Origin: Anaerolineae bacterium
GTDB lineage: Bacteria > Chloroflexota > Anaerolineae > B4-G1 > SLSP01
Reading direction: 5' to 3'
DNA length: 64,000 bases
NCBI GenBank assembly: GCA_034437255.1
Contig: DAOTUH010000126.1
Location: 19,198 to 83,197, forward strand
Part shown: piece by piece, positions 1-8,261 of the stretch
Numbering within the stretch: the stretch's first letter is position 1
Layout: every line of letters begins with the position of its first letter
Position numbers and translations under genes: made by a program
The notes under the pieces: generated by a model
Told to the model about the DNA's origin: nothing
The model's input: only the letters and a program-made list of their open reading frames with translations
Database searches by the model: none

Positions 1-837
1 GATGACGAAAAAAAGTAAAATGATGTAGAGCGTCAGGCCCGTGCCGCCGGTGAAGCGGAAATAGAGCACAGAGAGGCCGATCAGGCCCAGGAAGAAGATA
101 AGCATACGGGCCGTAGGATTGTCCCGGAGCCACTTGGCGGTCAACTCGAAGATGCTCATCTGGATCACACGCTCCATCTCCCGTTTGGGGAAGGAGACAC
201 CGACGCGATTCGGACCGGTAGCGGAGCCGTTTTCCCATCGCCAATAGACGAGCGTGCGATCCCCATCGATAGCGACCTGGGTGAAAGGCTCATCCTGGTA
301 GCGAACCTCGTCGGGCTGCACGCCTTCGAGCATGGCGACGATAATCTGCACGTCCGTCGAGCCTATGACCAGGCTGGAGTCGAACCACGTCGGCGTAATC
401 TGGAGCGACGCGTACTGCCGGTCTGTCACGTCCTGATAGACGAGATCAGGCATGGTGAACTCGACGTGCAGCGTGCCGGTCTCGCCAGCAGGAATAGCAT
501 GCTCGTCTAGATGAATCTCCACGCCGGTGTCAATATACGTCGATGGGCGGATGTCCGTCAGCGGGTTGCCATCGACGTTCGCGGACATATTGCCAATGTC
601 GTAGTCATCGTGCGGCGTGCCGATATCGACGATGTCGATGGGACTGGCGTAGCCCGCGTTTTCAAAAGTGATGTCATACTCGATCCGCACCGAGGCGTCC
701 GGCTGCACCTCGACGAACATGCGCAGCTCCCGCACGGAGAAGGAATAGTTCTGCGCCGCTGCCGGTCGTCCCAAGGTGAGCAAAGCCAGACAGACGATGA
801 CCAACATGCCGATTCTGTATGTGCGGTGATTTCTCAT
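1..837 (-). CDS. Exported/membrane protein, DUF2207-like architecture (5' end in window, gene runs off the window edge)
   Basis: ATG at 837 sits 5 nt downstream of a GGGAGGTG Shine-Dalgarno. Signal peptide MRNHRTYRIGMLVIVCLALLTLGRPAAA. No in-register minus-strand stop down to position 1. Hydrophobic helices at the C-terminal end. Absent from the ORF track because no stop lies inside the window. The overlapping plus ORF 511..921 is judged spurious. Confidence 0.7.
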   Translation of the reverse strand, partial: MRNHRTYRIGMLVIVCLALLTLGRPAAAQNYSFSVRELRMFVEVQPDASVRIEYDITFENAGYASPIDIVDIGTPHDDYDIGNMSANVDGNPLTDIRPSTYIDTGVEIHLDEHAIPAGETGTLHVEFTMPDLVYQDVTDRQYASLQITPTWFDSSLVIGSTDVQIIVAMLEGVQPDEVRYQDEPFTQVAIDGDRTLVYWRWENGSATGPNRVGVSFPKREMERVIQMSIFELTAKWLRDNPTARMLIFFLGLIGLSVLYFRFTGGTGLTLYIILLFFVI

Positions 838-994
838 TCAGCACCTCCCATATCCTACACACTAAAGCATGGCTCTGCTAAAAATTGGATTTTTAGTATT
901 TCGGTCTGCGCTATTCGCTGACCTTTGATACGTAAACTCACAGACCCTAGAATCAAGTTTCCGAAAAATCCGATTTTTTTGTCTCGATAAGTAA

Positions 995-2350
995 TTAGCC
1001 AGGATTTACAGCCCAAGTTCGAGGATCGCTGGGACAGCCGGCCACGCAAATCAGCAGATCGGGACAGACGTCACAGCGGCTCGGCGCTTCGACCCGTTCC
1101 CGATAGACGCGGAAGGCCTCGTGCTGCCAGATGGTGTCCCAGTCGTCCTGCAGGAGATTACCCGCGCTGCGATAGCGTCCGCGCGGCGGCACCACGGTCC
1201 CGTCCGGCTCGATGCGCGCAGCCACGTCACCTGCACAGCGCGGCCCCAGGCGAACCTGCGCCTTGAGCGGGGTGTCGGGATCGCGCGCCACGGGCGGCGC
1301 CCAGATAAAACGTGCCTGCGCCCCGTGGGCCACCTCCTCGACGCGATTAGCGACCTGCGGCATAGCCTCAGCAACGAAAGCCTCGTCCTCGCTCAAAGCC
1401 GGGTCCGCCGTCGCGTAGGCGACGAAGATGATGTTGTCCGCACCTATCTCCAGGAGCGAGATCACCGTCGGCTCCAGAGCGTCCAGCGTCGGCTCGATCA
1501 GCGGTACCTCGGCCACGGCGCAGAGCCCGCTGGTCTCCAGCCAGGCGAAGAGTTCGGTGGCCGCCACATGGTCGCCCTCACCGAGCAGCGCATCGTGCAG
1601 CGCGCCGTCGGTCGCCGCGTAGGGCAGCGTGACGTGATCGACGCCCGCCATGGCGAGGTCCGGGACGAACTCGGTGATATCCATCGCGCGCCCGCGCACG
1701 CCCGCGATAAGGCCCAGATCCTCGGCCCGCTCCACGGCACGTACGAGGTGCGCGCCTTCCGGCGCGACGGGCGCCAGGAACGTGACGTGCGGAATCCCGA
1801 CCTCCCACAGCCGGTCGAGCAGCGGCACGAGGTGCTCGGGCGATGCCAGCGGCACGGCGGCCTCCAGCGGCGCGATCAACTCCGCCGCCTCCGCCGAGAA
1901 AGGCGCCGACTCCAGGTTGAAGACGGGATACGTGTCCCCCGGTTGTAGGATCTGTGCGATCAGTCCCTGGACGCGCTCAATGTCGGCGCGCATGGTGGCC
2001 TCTGTTGCCCCCTTGAAGTTCTGTTTCAGCCGCCGCAGGATGGTAGCCTCGTCGTCGCCGTCCAGAAGACCCTTGACGATGAGCGTGCCCGTCAGCGTGA
2101 GGCGGGCCGCGGCCGTCGCATTTGCGATGAGCATGCCGCTGCCGTCGCGCTCCACGCGCAGGTGAAAGCGCGTGATGGTGCCGTCGTCGCTCTCCTGCAT
2201 AACGTGGGTGAGTCCCGGCTCCAGGGGCGGGGACGGTTCGGGACGTTGGACGTCAAACAACCGTTTTAGCCAATTCGATGGTGACATCATCTCCTCCTCT
2301 GAGAACAAGTCAAAGGTGATTCTACTGAAAAAAGGTTGTGCCTCACGCAA
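995..2350 (-). CDS. Radical-SAM/SPASM-family paralog with N-terminal PqqD-like RRE domain; CxxxCxxC motif absent, predicted catalytically degenerate
   Basis: N-terminal ITRFHLRVERDGSGMLIANATAAARL resembles a PqqD-like RiPP recognition element. The C-terminal CDVCPDLLICVAGCP is SPASM-like. No CxxxCxxC is present anywhere. Overall co-linear with the 3375-4772 gene. Confidence 0.6.
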   Translation of the reverse strand: MREAQPFFSRITFDLFSEEEMMSPSNWLKRLFDVQRPEPSPPLEPGLTHVMQESDDGTITRFHLRVERDGSGMLIANATAAARLTLTGTLIVKGLLDGDDEATILRRLKQNFKGATEATMRADIERVQGLIAQILQPGDTYPVFNLESAPFSAEAAELIAPLEAAVPLASPEHLVPLLDRLWEVGIPHVTFLAPVAPEGAHLVRAVERAEDLGLIAGVRGRAMDITEFVPDLAMAGVDHVTLPYAATDGALHDALLGEGDHVAATELFAWLETSGLCAVAEVPLIEPTLDALEPTVISLLEIGADNIIFVAYATADPALSEDEAFVAEAMPQVANRVEEVAHGAQARFIWAPPVARDPDTPLKAQVRLGPRCAGDVAARIEPDGTVVPPRGRYRSAGNLLQDDWDTIWQHEAFRVYRERVEAPSRCDVCPDLLICVAGCPSDPRTWAVNPG

Positions 2351-2440
2351 AGACGCCGCCGACCAAAGGTCGGACAGTCGCCAAGATTTTAAATTTGTCC
2401 TTACTTTTCTGAATATTAAAGCCAGCCTAGATCAATAAAA

Positions 2441-2513
2441 TCTACCATCTTATGAATTTCCTTTGCGTTCTTGGCGCCTTTGCGTGAGGTTGATGGTTAT
2501 TTCAGTGAAGTCA
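2441..2513 (+). repeat. Conserved ~72-nt element R, copy 1, containing mini-ORF MNFLCVLGAFA (2452-2487)
   Basis: About 93% identical to 58141-58213. Outer inverted repeat ACCATC...GATGGT. Internal direct repeat CCTTTGCGT x2. Confidence 0.5.
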
Positions 2514-2556
2514 AAGGGCAAAGGTAAAAACCGGATTATTGAGAAGCCTATGAATC

Positions 2557-3351
2557 TCACGTGACGACGCGCAGCCAGCCGCCGTCGACGTAGTACGTCG
2601 AGCCGACGCAGTAACTGGCGCGCGGCGAGCAGAGAAAGACGAAGAAGTCGGCCAACTCCTCCGGCGTGGCGAAGCGCCCGATGGGTGTCTTTTCCTCGGC
2701 GATCTGCCGGAGGTACGTCTCCCAGCCCATCTCCCGACCGGCGGTCAGCGCTTTCGCCGTCTTGATCCAGTCGCCGGTCTGGATCAGGCCGGGGTTGATA
2801 CAGTTGACGCGGATGTTGTCGCCGATAAGCTCCTCGGCCAGGCACTTGGAGAACATGGCGAGTGCCGCTTTGGTGACGTTGTAGATGGGCTCGTAGCCCA
2901 GCGGCTGGCGGGCGCAGATGGAGGCGTTGTTCAGGATCACGCCGCCTCCGCGCGCTTGCATCAGGGGCGCCAGGCCCCGGGAGAGCCGCACCGCCGCCAT
3001 CACGTGCAGGTCCCAGTAATACTGCCACATCTCGTCCGGCGCCTCCAGGATCGTCTCGTTGCTGCCGGTCCCCGCGTTGTTGATGAGGATGTCGACGCCG
3101 CCAAAGGCGCGCTCGACCTCTTCGATCAACCGCTCGATGTCGCCGGCGACGGTCACGTCCGTGCGCACACCCAGCACCTCGACGTCGTGCGCGTCTCGAA
3201 TCTCCGCTGTTGCTTCGTTGAGCCGCGCAGCGTCCCGCGCGCAGAGCACCACGTGGACGCCTTCCGCCGCCAATCCCTTGGCAACCGCCAGTCCAATGCC
3301 CGCGCTCCCGCCCGTGATGACCGCGACGTTGCCTTCCAATCCAAGATCCAT
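2557..3351 (-). CDS. SDR family NAD(P)-dependent oxidoreductase
   Basis: TGGSAGIGLA Rossmann motif. YxxxK-type SDR core inferred from overall SDR-like sequence. Start moved from the track's 3429 to the ATG at 3351 (MDLGLEGNVAVITGG), which has a GAGG upstream and avoids overlap with the preceding gene. Confidence 0.85.
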   Translation of the reverse strand: MDLGLEGNVAVITGGSAGIGLAVAKGLAAEGVHVVLCARDAARLNEATAEIRDAHDVEVLGVRTDVTVAGDIERLIEEVERAFGGVDILINNAGTGSNETILEAPDEMWQYYWDLHVMAAVRLSRGLAPLMQARGGGVILNNASICARQPLGYEPIYNVTKAALAMFSKCLAEELIGDNIRVNCINPGLIQTGDWIKTAKALTAGREMGWETYLRQIAEEKTPIGRFATPEELADFFVFLCSPRASYCVGSTYYVDGGWLRVVT

Positions 3352-3374
3352 GTTTTCCTCTCTTTCTCTACCTT

Positions 3375-4772
3375 CTATCGACAGCCGTATGCGCGTGCCT
3401 CGCGCTCCAACCGGCAGCCGCCGCCGCACATCTCAAGATCAGGGCAATCCCAGCAGGTCTCCGGAAGCCCCGCCGCCTGCGGATTCTCCTCACGCTCCCG
3501 GAAACTACGGAAGAGATCGCTGTTCCAGATGGCGTCCCAGGGATCGCGCAGCAGGTTGCCCGCCGTCACGTAGTACGATTGGCAGGGCAACACGTCGCCA
3601 TTAGGCTCGACGCAGATGGAGTACTCAGCGGCGTTGCAGCGTTTGGGCGCCAGGCCCAGCGCCACCGGCGAGAGCTCGCAGTAGTCGGTCACGGTGTACC
3701 AGAGAAAGCGCATGCCCAGCTCGGCAGCGCGTTCCCGCACGGCCACCAGCACCGACGCCATCTCCTCCGCCGGGATCGCATCGGGCGTCGCCAGGCCGCG
3801 TCCCGCGTAGATTATGCCATTCATCGCGAAGGTCGTCAGGCCGAGGTTGTGCACGAAATCGACGGTCTCCAGAGCGTGATTGACGTTGCGGCGCGTCAGC
3901 GTGGTGTTGGTGATGGTGTGGAAATCGCACACCAGTGCGTTCTCAATGCCCCGCACGGTCTGCTTGAAAGCGTCAGCGTTGACCATAGCGTTGTGCACGT
4001 CGGCGCGGCAGGACTCCAGCGTGATCTGCACGTGGTTGAGGCCCGCGTCGCCCAGCGCGTCCACCAGCGGTCGATGGGAGAGCGCGCGCCCGTTGGTGTT
4101 CATCCCCACGATCTGGCCCAGGTCATCGGCGTGCCGGACGATGGCGGGTAGGTCTGGGTGCAGCGTCGGTTCGCCACCGGTGAGGATGATGTGCGGCACC
4201 CCCACGTCGGCCAGCGTCTCCAGCACGCGGAACCAGTCTTCGGTGGGCAGCGGGGGCATCTCACGTCGGCCCGGCTCGTTGTAGCAATGCGCGCAGGCGT
4301 TGTTGCACCGGTAGGTCAGCGCCAGGTCGGCTTTGAAGGGCGCGCTGACGGGCGTGCTAAAGAGCGGCGCGAATTCCACCAGCGACTGGACCGCGCAGGT
4401 CGGGCAGCCGGATTCGACGGTACGGAACCGGTCGATGAGTTCGTAGACCTGGGCCAGCGCCGCGTCGAGCGCCGCGCGCGCCACACCCCGGTACCGTTGT
4501 GCGAGCGCCGCGCGCGCCCGAGCCTGCGGCACGTCATCCAACGCCAGTTTCGCCATCTCCGTCGCCGTCGCGTTGAGATGCACGGCGTCGGTCACGTCGG
4601 CGAAGAGCACGCCCGATCCGTCCTCTGCAACGCGCAGATGCAAGCGCCGCTTGCCCTCCCTCACCGGCACCGGATACGTGTACAAGCCCGGTTCCGGCGG
4701 TGCAGGCGGCGCTAACAGCGTCCACGCTGCCTGAACCTCTTCTTGAACCTGCGCCCACCAGCTGCCCATCAA
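3375..4772 (-). CDS. Radical SAM/SPASM-domain enzyme (PqqE/MftC-like) with fused N-terminal PqqD-like RRE
   Basis: LTYRCNNACAHCYN carries the CxxxCxxC AdoMet-cluster motif. GGEPTLHPDL. C-terminal Cys-rich SPASM region CWDCPDLEMCGGGC. N-terminal LHLRVAEDGSGVLFADVTDAVHLNATATEMAKLAL resembles a PqqD/RRE fold. Confidence 0.85.
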   Translation of the reverse strand: MMGSWWAQVQEEVQAAWTLLAPPAPPEPGLYTYPVPVREGKRRLHLRVAEDGSGVLFADVTDAVHLNATATEMAKLALDDVPQARARAALAQRYRGVARAALDAALAQVYELIDRFRTVESGCPTCAVQSLVEFAPLFSTPVSAPFKADLALTYRCNNACAHCYNEPGRREMPPLPTEDWFRVLETLADVGVPHIILTGGEPTLHPDLPAIVRHADDLGQIVGMNTNGRALSHRPLVDALGDAGLNHVQITLESCRADVHNAMVNADAFKQTVRGIENALVCDFHTITNTTLTRRNVNHALETVDFVHNLGLTTFAMNGIIYAGRGLATPDAIPAEEMASVLVAVRERAAELGMRFLWYTVTDYCELSPVALGLAPKRCNAAEYSICVEPNGDVLPCQSYYVTAGNLLRDPWDAIWNSDLFRSFREREENPQAAGLPETCWDCPDLEMCGGGCRLEREARAYGCR

Positions 4773-4954
4773 TTACCTCTCATATCGGCCCGCGCGTAAC
4801 CCGCGCCGCGTCTACGAAGCAGGCACCTACACAACCAGACGCTCACCGGACGCGCCGCGCCACCGCTTCCAGCCGCGTTAGCGGCGTCGGGTTGATGCGC
4901 TGGTTAGGTGCCTCCGCTCTGCATACCAACCTCTTTACCCAAAAATCCTTGTTT

Positions 4955-6229
4955 TCAATCGGCTATTGCCATACCTCGTTCAACTACCTCAATCGCTTGT
5001 CCAACACCGTCTTCAGCACGGATCCGCTCACCCAATGCATCAGCATGTACCCGAATGTTTTTGTCTGTGACTGCCGTGGCAATCGCCGCTCCCAACTTCC
5101 TCACTGTCATTCTCTTGCGCGGTATTGCCTTCGGCCCAACACCAAGCCTCATTACCTGCCGCGCCCAGAATGGCTGATCACCAAAGTGGGGCACCAACAC
5201 CGAAGGCACACCTGCTCGCAACCCCGCAGCCGTCGTTCCCGCTCCACCATGATGCACCACCGCGGCTACGCGCGGGAATAGCCAATTGTGAGGCACCGAT
5301 TCAAGTTTGAACACACCATCCGGCAAATCAACACTCTTCAGCCCGCCCCAACCTGACGCAACCAGCCCTCGTTGCCCTGACCGCTTCAGCGCTTTCAGGA
5401 CGATCTCGGTCGTTGATTCTGGATCACGGCTTGACATACTTCCAAAGCCAACATATACCGGAGGTGGGCCAGCCTCAAGGAATCTCACTAAATCGGTGGG
5501 GGGGAGCCAATCTGACGAGTGGTCAAGGAACCAGTATCCTGTGACATGAATGTGCTCATCCCAATCCGGTGGCTTAGGGACGACAGATGGACTGTAGCTG
5601 TAAAGCATGGGTACCGGTCGTCCATCCAGCTGGCCATAGGGCCACTTGAAGAGCGAAATTGGCGGCAATCCCAACTGCTTTTGCCGCCAGTGGTTGATGA
5701 AGCGCCCCGTGAGCTGTTGTGCAAATTGCTCAACCATGATGTGTGTCGAGAGATTGTAACTGCCGCCTAAGGGGAGGAAAGGAAACGCCAGGTTCGGAAA
5801 GCTGCGGGTACGATTGAAGAAAGGAAACGGTAAGGCCCAAAAACAAGGCAATCTTTGCTTCTCAGCAATATGATAAGCTCCTATTCCAAGCGTTGAAAAG
5901 ATGATGGCTTCCGCCGTCTGAGAAGCCTGCCAGACTCTACCCGCGAGTTGCTCCAGCGTCGGCTGCATCATACGGATGATTTGCCACATTCCCTGAATGA
6001 CATTGCGGCCCGATTCTAGCACATCCCACGCAGCTTCTGTCCCCAACAACTCTCGTGCGTTCATGCCAAGAGAAAAGAAATCCAATCCTTGACTTCTGAC
6101 AAACCTCTCGAAATCATCAGTCGTGACAAAAGTCACTTCATATCGCCTGGTCTTCTGCAGCCCTACGCCCAGCGCCACGAGTGGTTGCACGTCACCACGC
6201 GAGCCAAGTGCCAAAATCATACTGCGCAT
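4955..6229 (-). CDS. GT1-family glycosyltransferase (MGT/UDP-glycosyltransferase-like)
   Basis: N-terminal ILALGSRGDVQP. C-terminal HHGGAGTTAAGLRAGVPSVLVPHFGDQPFWA is a UDP-sugar binding signature. AAGGAAA SD before the ATG at 6229. Confidence 0.85.
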   Translation of the reverse strand: MRSMILALGSRGDVQPLVALGVGLQKTRRYEVTFVTTDDFERFVRSQGLDFFSLGMNARELLGTEAAWDVLESGRNVIQGMWQIIRMMQPTLEQLAGRVWQASQTAEAIIFSTLGIGAYHIAEKQRLPCFWALPFPFFNRTRSFPNLAFPFLPLGGSYNLSTHIMVEQFAQQLTGRFINHWRQKQLGLPPISLFKWPYGQLDGRPVPMLYSYSPSVVPKPPDWDEHIHVTGYWFLDHSSDWLPPTDLVRFLEAGPPPVYVGFGSMSSRDPESTTEIVLKALKRSGQRGLVASGWGGLKSVDLPDGVFKLESVPHNWLFPRVAAVVHHGGAGTTAAGLRAGVPSVLVPHFGDQPFWARQVMRLGVGPKAIPRKRMTVRKLGAAIATAVTDKNIRVHADALGERIRAEDGVGQAIEVVERGMAIAD

Positions 6230-6299
6230 CGGCGTTTCCTTGGATATTCTACGTCAACCATTCATAGATTTAACAGCAAAGGGCACCTAACCAGCACGT

Positions 6300-6450
6300 G
6301 TGTGGCTCGGTGGGACACCGGCCACAGCGCATCGTGTCAGCATTCGCACTGTGTGGCTCGGTGGGACACCGGCCACAGCGTATCGTGTTAGCATTCGCAC
6401 TGTGTGGCTCGGTGGGACACCGGCCAAAGCGTATCGTGTCAACATCCAGT
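6300..6450. repeat. Tandem direct repeat, 3 x 51 bp
   Basis: GTGTGGCTCGGTGGGACACCGGCCACAGCG(C/T)ATCGTGT(C/T)AGCATTCGCACT repeated three times with 1-2 mismatches. Contains the hairpin core CGGTGGGACACCG. Confidence 0.9.
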
Positions 6451-6452
6451 AC

Positions 6453-6794
6453 CTACCACTTGGGCGCTTCTTCGATTTGATAGCTGGCGCCGCAGTAGGG
6501 GCACTCGACAAAAATCGCGCCGGCGCGCACCGAGAGATTATCTTTATCCAGAGTTCCGCCGCAGTTTCGGCACGTCATCTCTTCCAGCTTCACGTCGCCG
6601 CTAAGATCGATCTTCTGCACGATGGTCTTCTCCTCGTGCTTGGGCCGCACGCGGGTGAGATAAATCATCACGCCGGCCCCGGCCATCAGGATCACGCCGA
6701 CGATCACGCGGATAAACTGACCTTGCGCGCCGACGACGAACATCACGCCAAAGAACGCCAACACCGCTGCGATGATATAGGTCACAATCTCCAT
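6453..6794 (-). CDS. Small membrane protein with C-terminal zinc-ribbon
   Basis: TM helix IVTYIIAAVLAFFGVMFVVGA and a second hydrophobic segment. CRNCGG...CPYCG zinc ribbon. ACGGAGGTT SD before the ATG at 6794. The track's longer start at 6836 is judged less likely. Confidence 0.65.
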   Translation of the reverse strand: MEIVTYIIAAVLAFFGVMFVVGAQGQFIRVIVGVILMAGAGVMIYLTRVRPKHEEKTIVQKIDLSGDVKLEEMTCRNCGGTLDKDNLSVRAGAIFVECPYCGASYQIEEAPKW

Positions 6795-6910
6795 GGAACC
6801 TCCGTTGTGAATGGATGGTTTGCGCAATACTCTCATTATAGTCTGATTTGGACAGCAGCATAGCGGCGGGACATGAAAGGTCTTCTCAGGAAACGGTGAC
6901 GATCAAGTTG

Positions 6911-6919
6911 TGCTATACT
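6911..6919 (+). promoter_or_regulatory. Possible extended -10 promoter element (TGcTATACT) upstream of 6970 gene
   Basis: TGnTATACT lies 50 nt upstream of the GTG start. No convincing -35. Confidence 0.25.
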
Positions 6920-6969
6920 GGTAGAAACGATGAGCAGTCCATGTCCATCGACCTAAGGAGGCAACTTCT

Positions 6970-8169
6970 GTGAGACGCCCGATACGATTTCTATGGCTGT
7001 TTTTGATGTTCACGACGTTGGCTTGTGTCTTGCTTGCGACGGAGGAGCCCACGACCACACCGACCGAGGAGGAAGCCAACACGGCGGGAGCGCCTACGTC
7101 CACCGACACCTCCGATCCGGCAATGACACAAACGCCAACTGCAACGACTGAAGGCGACGAAACGAGGAACGGCGACACACCCACCTCAACACCGGCAGGC
7201 TGCACGTTAGGCGCGAGCTTCATCGAGGACGTGACCATTCCCGATGACACTGCGCTGGAACCCGGCGCGGACTTCCGCAAGACGTGGCGGCTGCGCAACT
7301 CCGGAAGTTGCAATTGGGAAGCGGGCACGCGGTTGGTTTTCGTGAGCGGGGAGACGCTGAACGGGCCAGACAGCGTGATCGTCCCGGCGGCTGCGGCCGG
7401 ATCGACGGCCGAGGTCAGCGTGGAGCTCACCGCGCCCACGACGCCGGGCACCTATCGCAGCGAGTGGCGGCTGCAAGCGCCGGACGGCACCCGGTTCGGC
7501 ACCACCATCTACGTGCAGATCATCGTGCCGGAGCCACCGACGGTCACGCCCACGCCGACCGATACGCCTGCCCCGATCACTGCAACGCCGACGCCCACGT
7601 CAACGCCAGACGAGACAGGCTGCACCACACCCTACGATCCCGCTTTCACCGCGACGATGGACTACGCCGCCGACCTGGGCTTTGACATTGGATGTGCCGA
7701 GAGCTTTGGATACGATATGTCCGGTGCTGTGCAGATTTTCTGGGCCAACGTCGACGAGCCTAATCCCCATTTGCACTACCGGACGCTGATGATCTGGAAC
7801 AAGCCCTACAAGCAGGGCGAGATTTACTACGTCACCGTCTCCGAGACAACACCCGTGCAGCCCTTCCACGCCAGCTACGACACCTGGGAAGAGGAAATGC
7901 CCGAAGTCCCGCCGGACTGCGCCGACATGCCGGTGCCCGACGGTTACCTCATCCCTATTCGAGGTTTCGGCAAGCTCTGGTGTGAGCAGGAGCTCTGGAC
8001 AACTATCGGCTGGCCCAGTGAGTCGGAGGTTGCCATCACGTTTCGCGTCCAGCAGACCGAACACGGCCGGTTGATGCGCTTTGGCGATCCGCTGATCAAC
8101 ACCTATGTTGTGGCGTGGGATTATGATACGAACGAGGCACTGGTGCACATGAATCCGATTGAGCCGTAG
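6970..8169 (+). CDS. Secreted Thr/Pro-rich protein with central Ig-like (NBR1/CARDB-like) domain
   Basis: AAGGAGG SD then a GTG start. Hydrophobic signal with LACVL lipobox-like motif. Long T/P/E-rich linkers. CNWEAG...TRLVFVSG motif. Confidence 0.7.
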   Translation: MRRPIRFLWLFLMFTTLACVLLATEEPTTTPTEEEANTAGAPTSTDTSDPAMTQTPTATTEGDETRNGDTPTSTPAGCTLGASFIEDVTIPDDTALEPGADFRKTWRLRNSGSCNWEAGTRLVFVSGETLNGPDSVIVPAAAAGSTAEVSVELTAPTTPGTYRSEWRLQAPDGTRFGTTIYVQIIVPEPPTVTPTPTDTPAPITATPTPTSTPDETGCTTPYDPAFTATMDYAADLGFDIGCAESFGYDMSGAVQIFWANVDEPNPHLHYRTLMIWNKPYKQGEIYYVTVSETTPVQPFHASYDTWEEEMPEVPPDCADMPVPDGYLIPIRGFGKLWCEQELWTTIGWPSESEVAITFRVQQTEHGRLMRFGDPLINTYVVAWDYDTNEALVHMNPIEP

Positions 8170-8261
8170 GCGAAAAACGTTAGAACGTTTGAACGTTCAA
8201 ACGCTCTAACGTCTCCGCTTGTGTTCTCGGGTTTCGTGTACCAGCTCGTTATCGTGCGCGG

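Noticed and set aside
511-921. Plus-strand ORF (136 aa) and minus ORF 674-862
   Set aside because: They lie inside the well-supported minus-strand exported-protein gene (1-837), which has a strong SD and a signal peptide. They are GC-rich antisense or alternate-frame artefacts.
2172-3028. ORFs 2172-2438 (+) and 2450-3028 (-)
   Set aside because: They overlap the rSAM paralog N-terminus and the SDR gene in other frames. They are low-complexity Arg/Pro-rich translations typical of high-GC DNA.
838-4954. Search for a precursor peptide in the intergenic regions of the rSAM cluster (838-994, 2351-2556, 4773-4954)
   Set aside because: Only frames of 10 codons or fewer were found on the cluster strand (MVDFIDLGWL and MQSGGT), and none had an SD. 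Nothing is reported as a precursor gene.
4700-5281. Plus-strand 193-aa ORF opposite the glycosyltransferase
   Set aside because: The GT1 gene on the minus strand has clear family motifs and an SD. The plus ORF is an antisense artefact.
6300-6863. Plus-strand 187-aa ORF with WLGGTPATAHRVSIRTV repeats
   Set aside because: It is entirely overlapped by the convincing minus-strand Zn-ribbon membrane gene. Its repeats merely reflect the 51-bp DNA tandem.
6300-6900. Possible CRISPR array (also at 46672-46900)
   Set aside because: The units are contiguous with no unique spacers and no cas genes are present, so these are tandem direct repeats.
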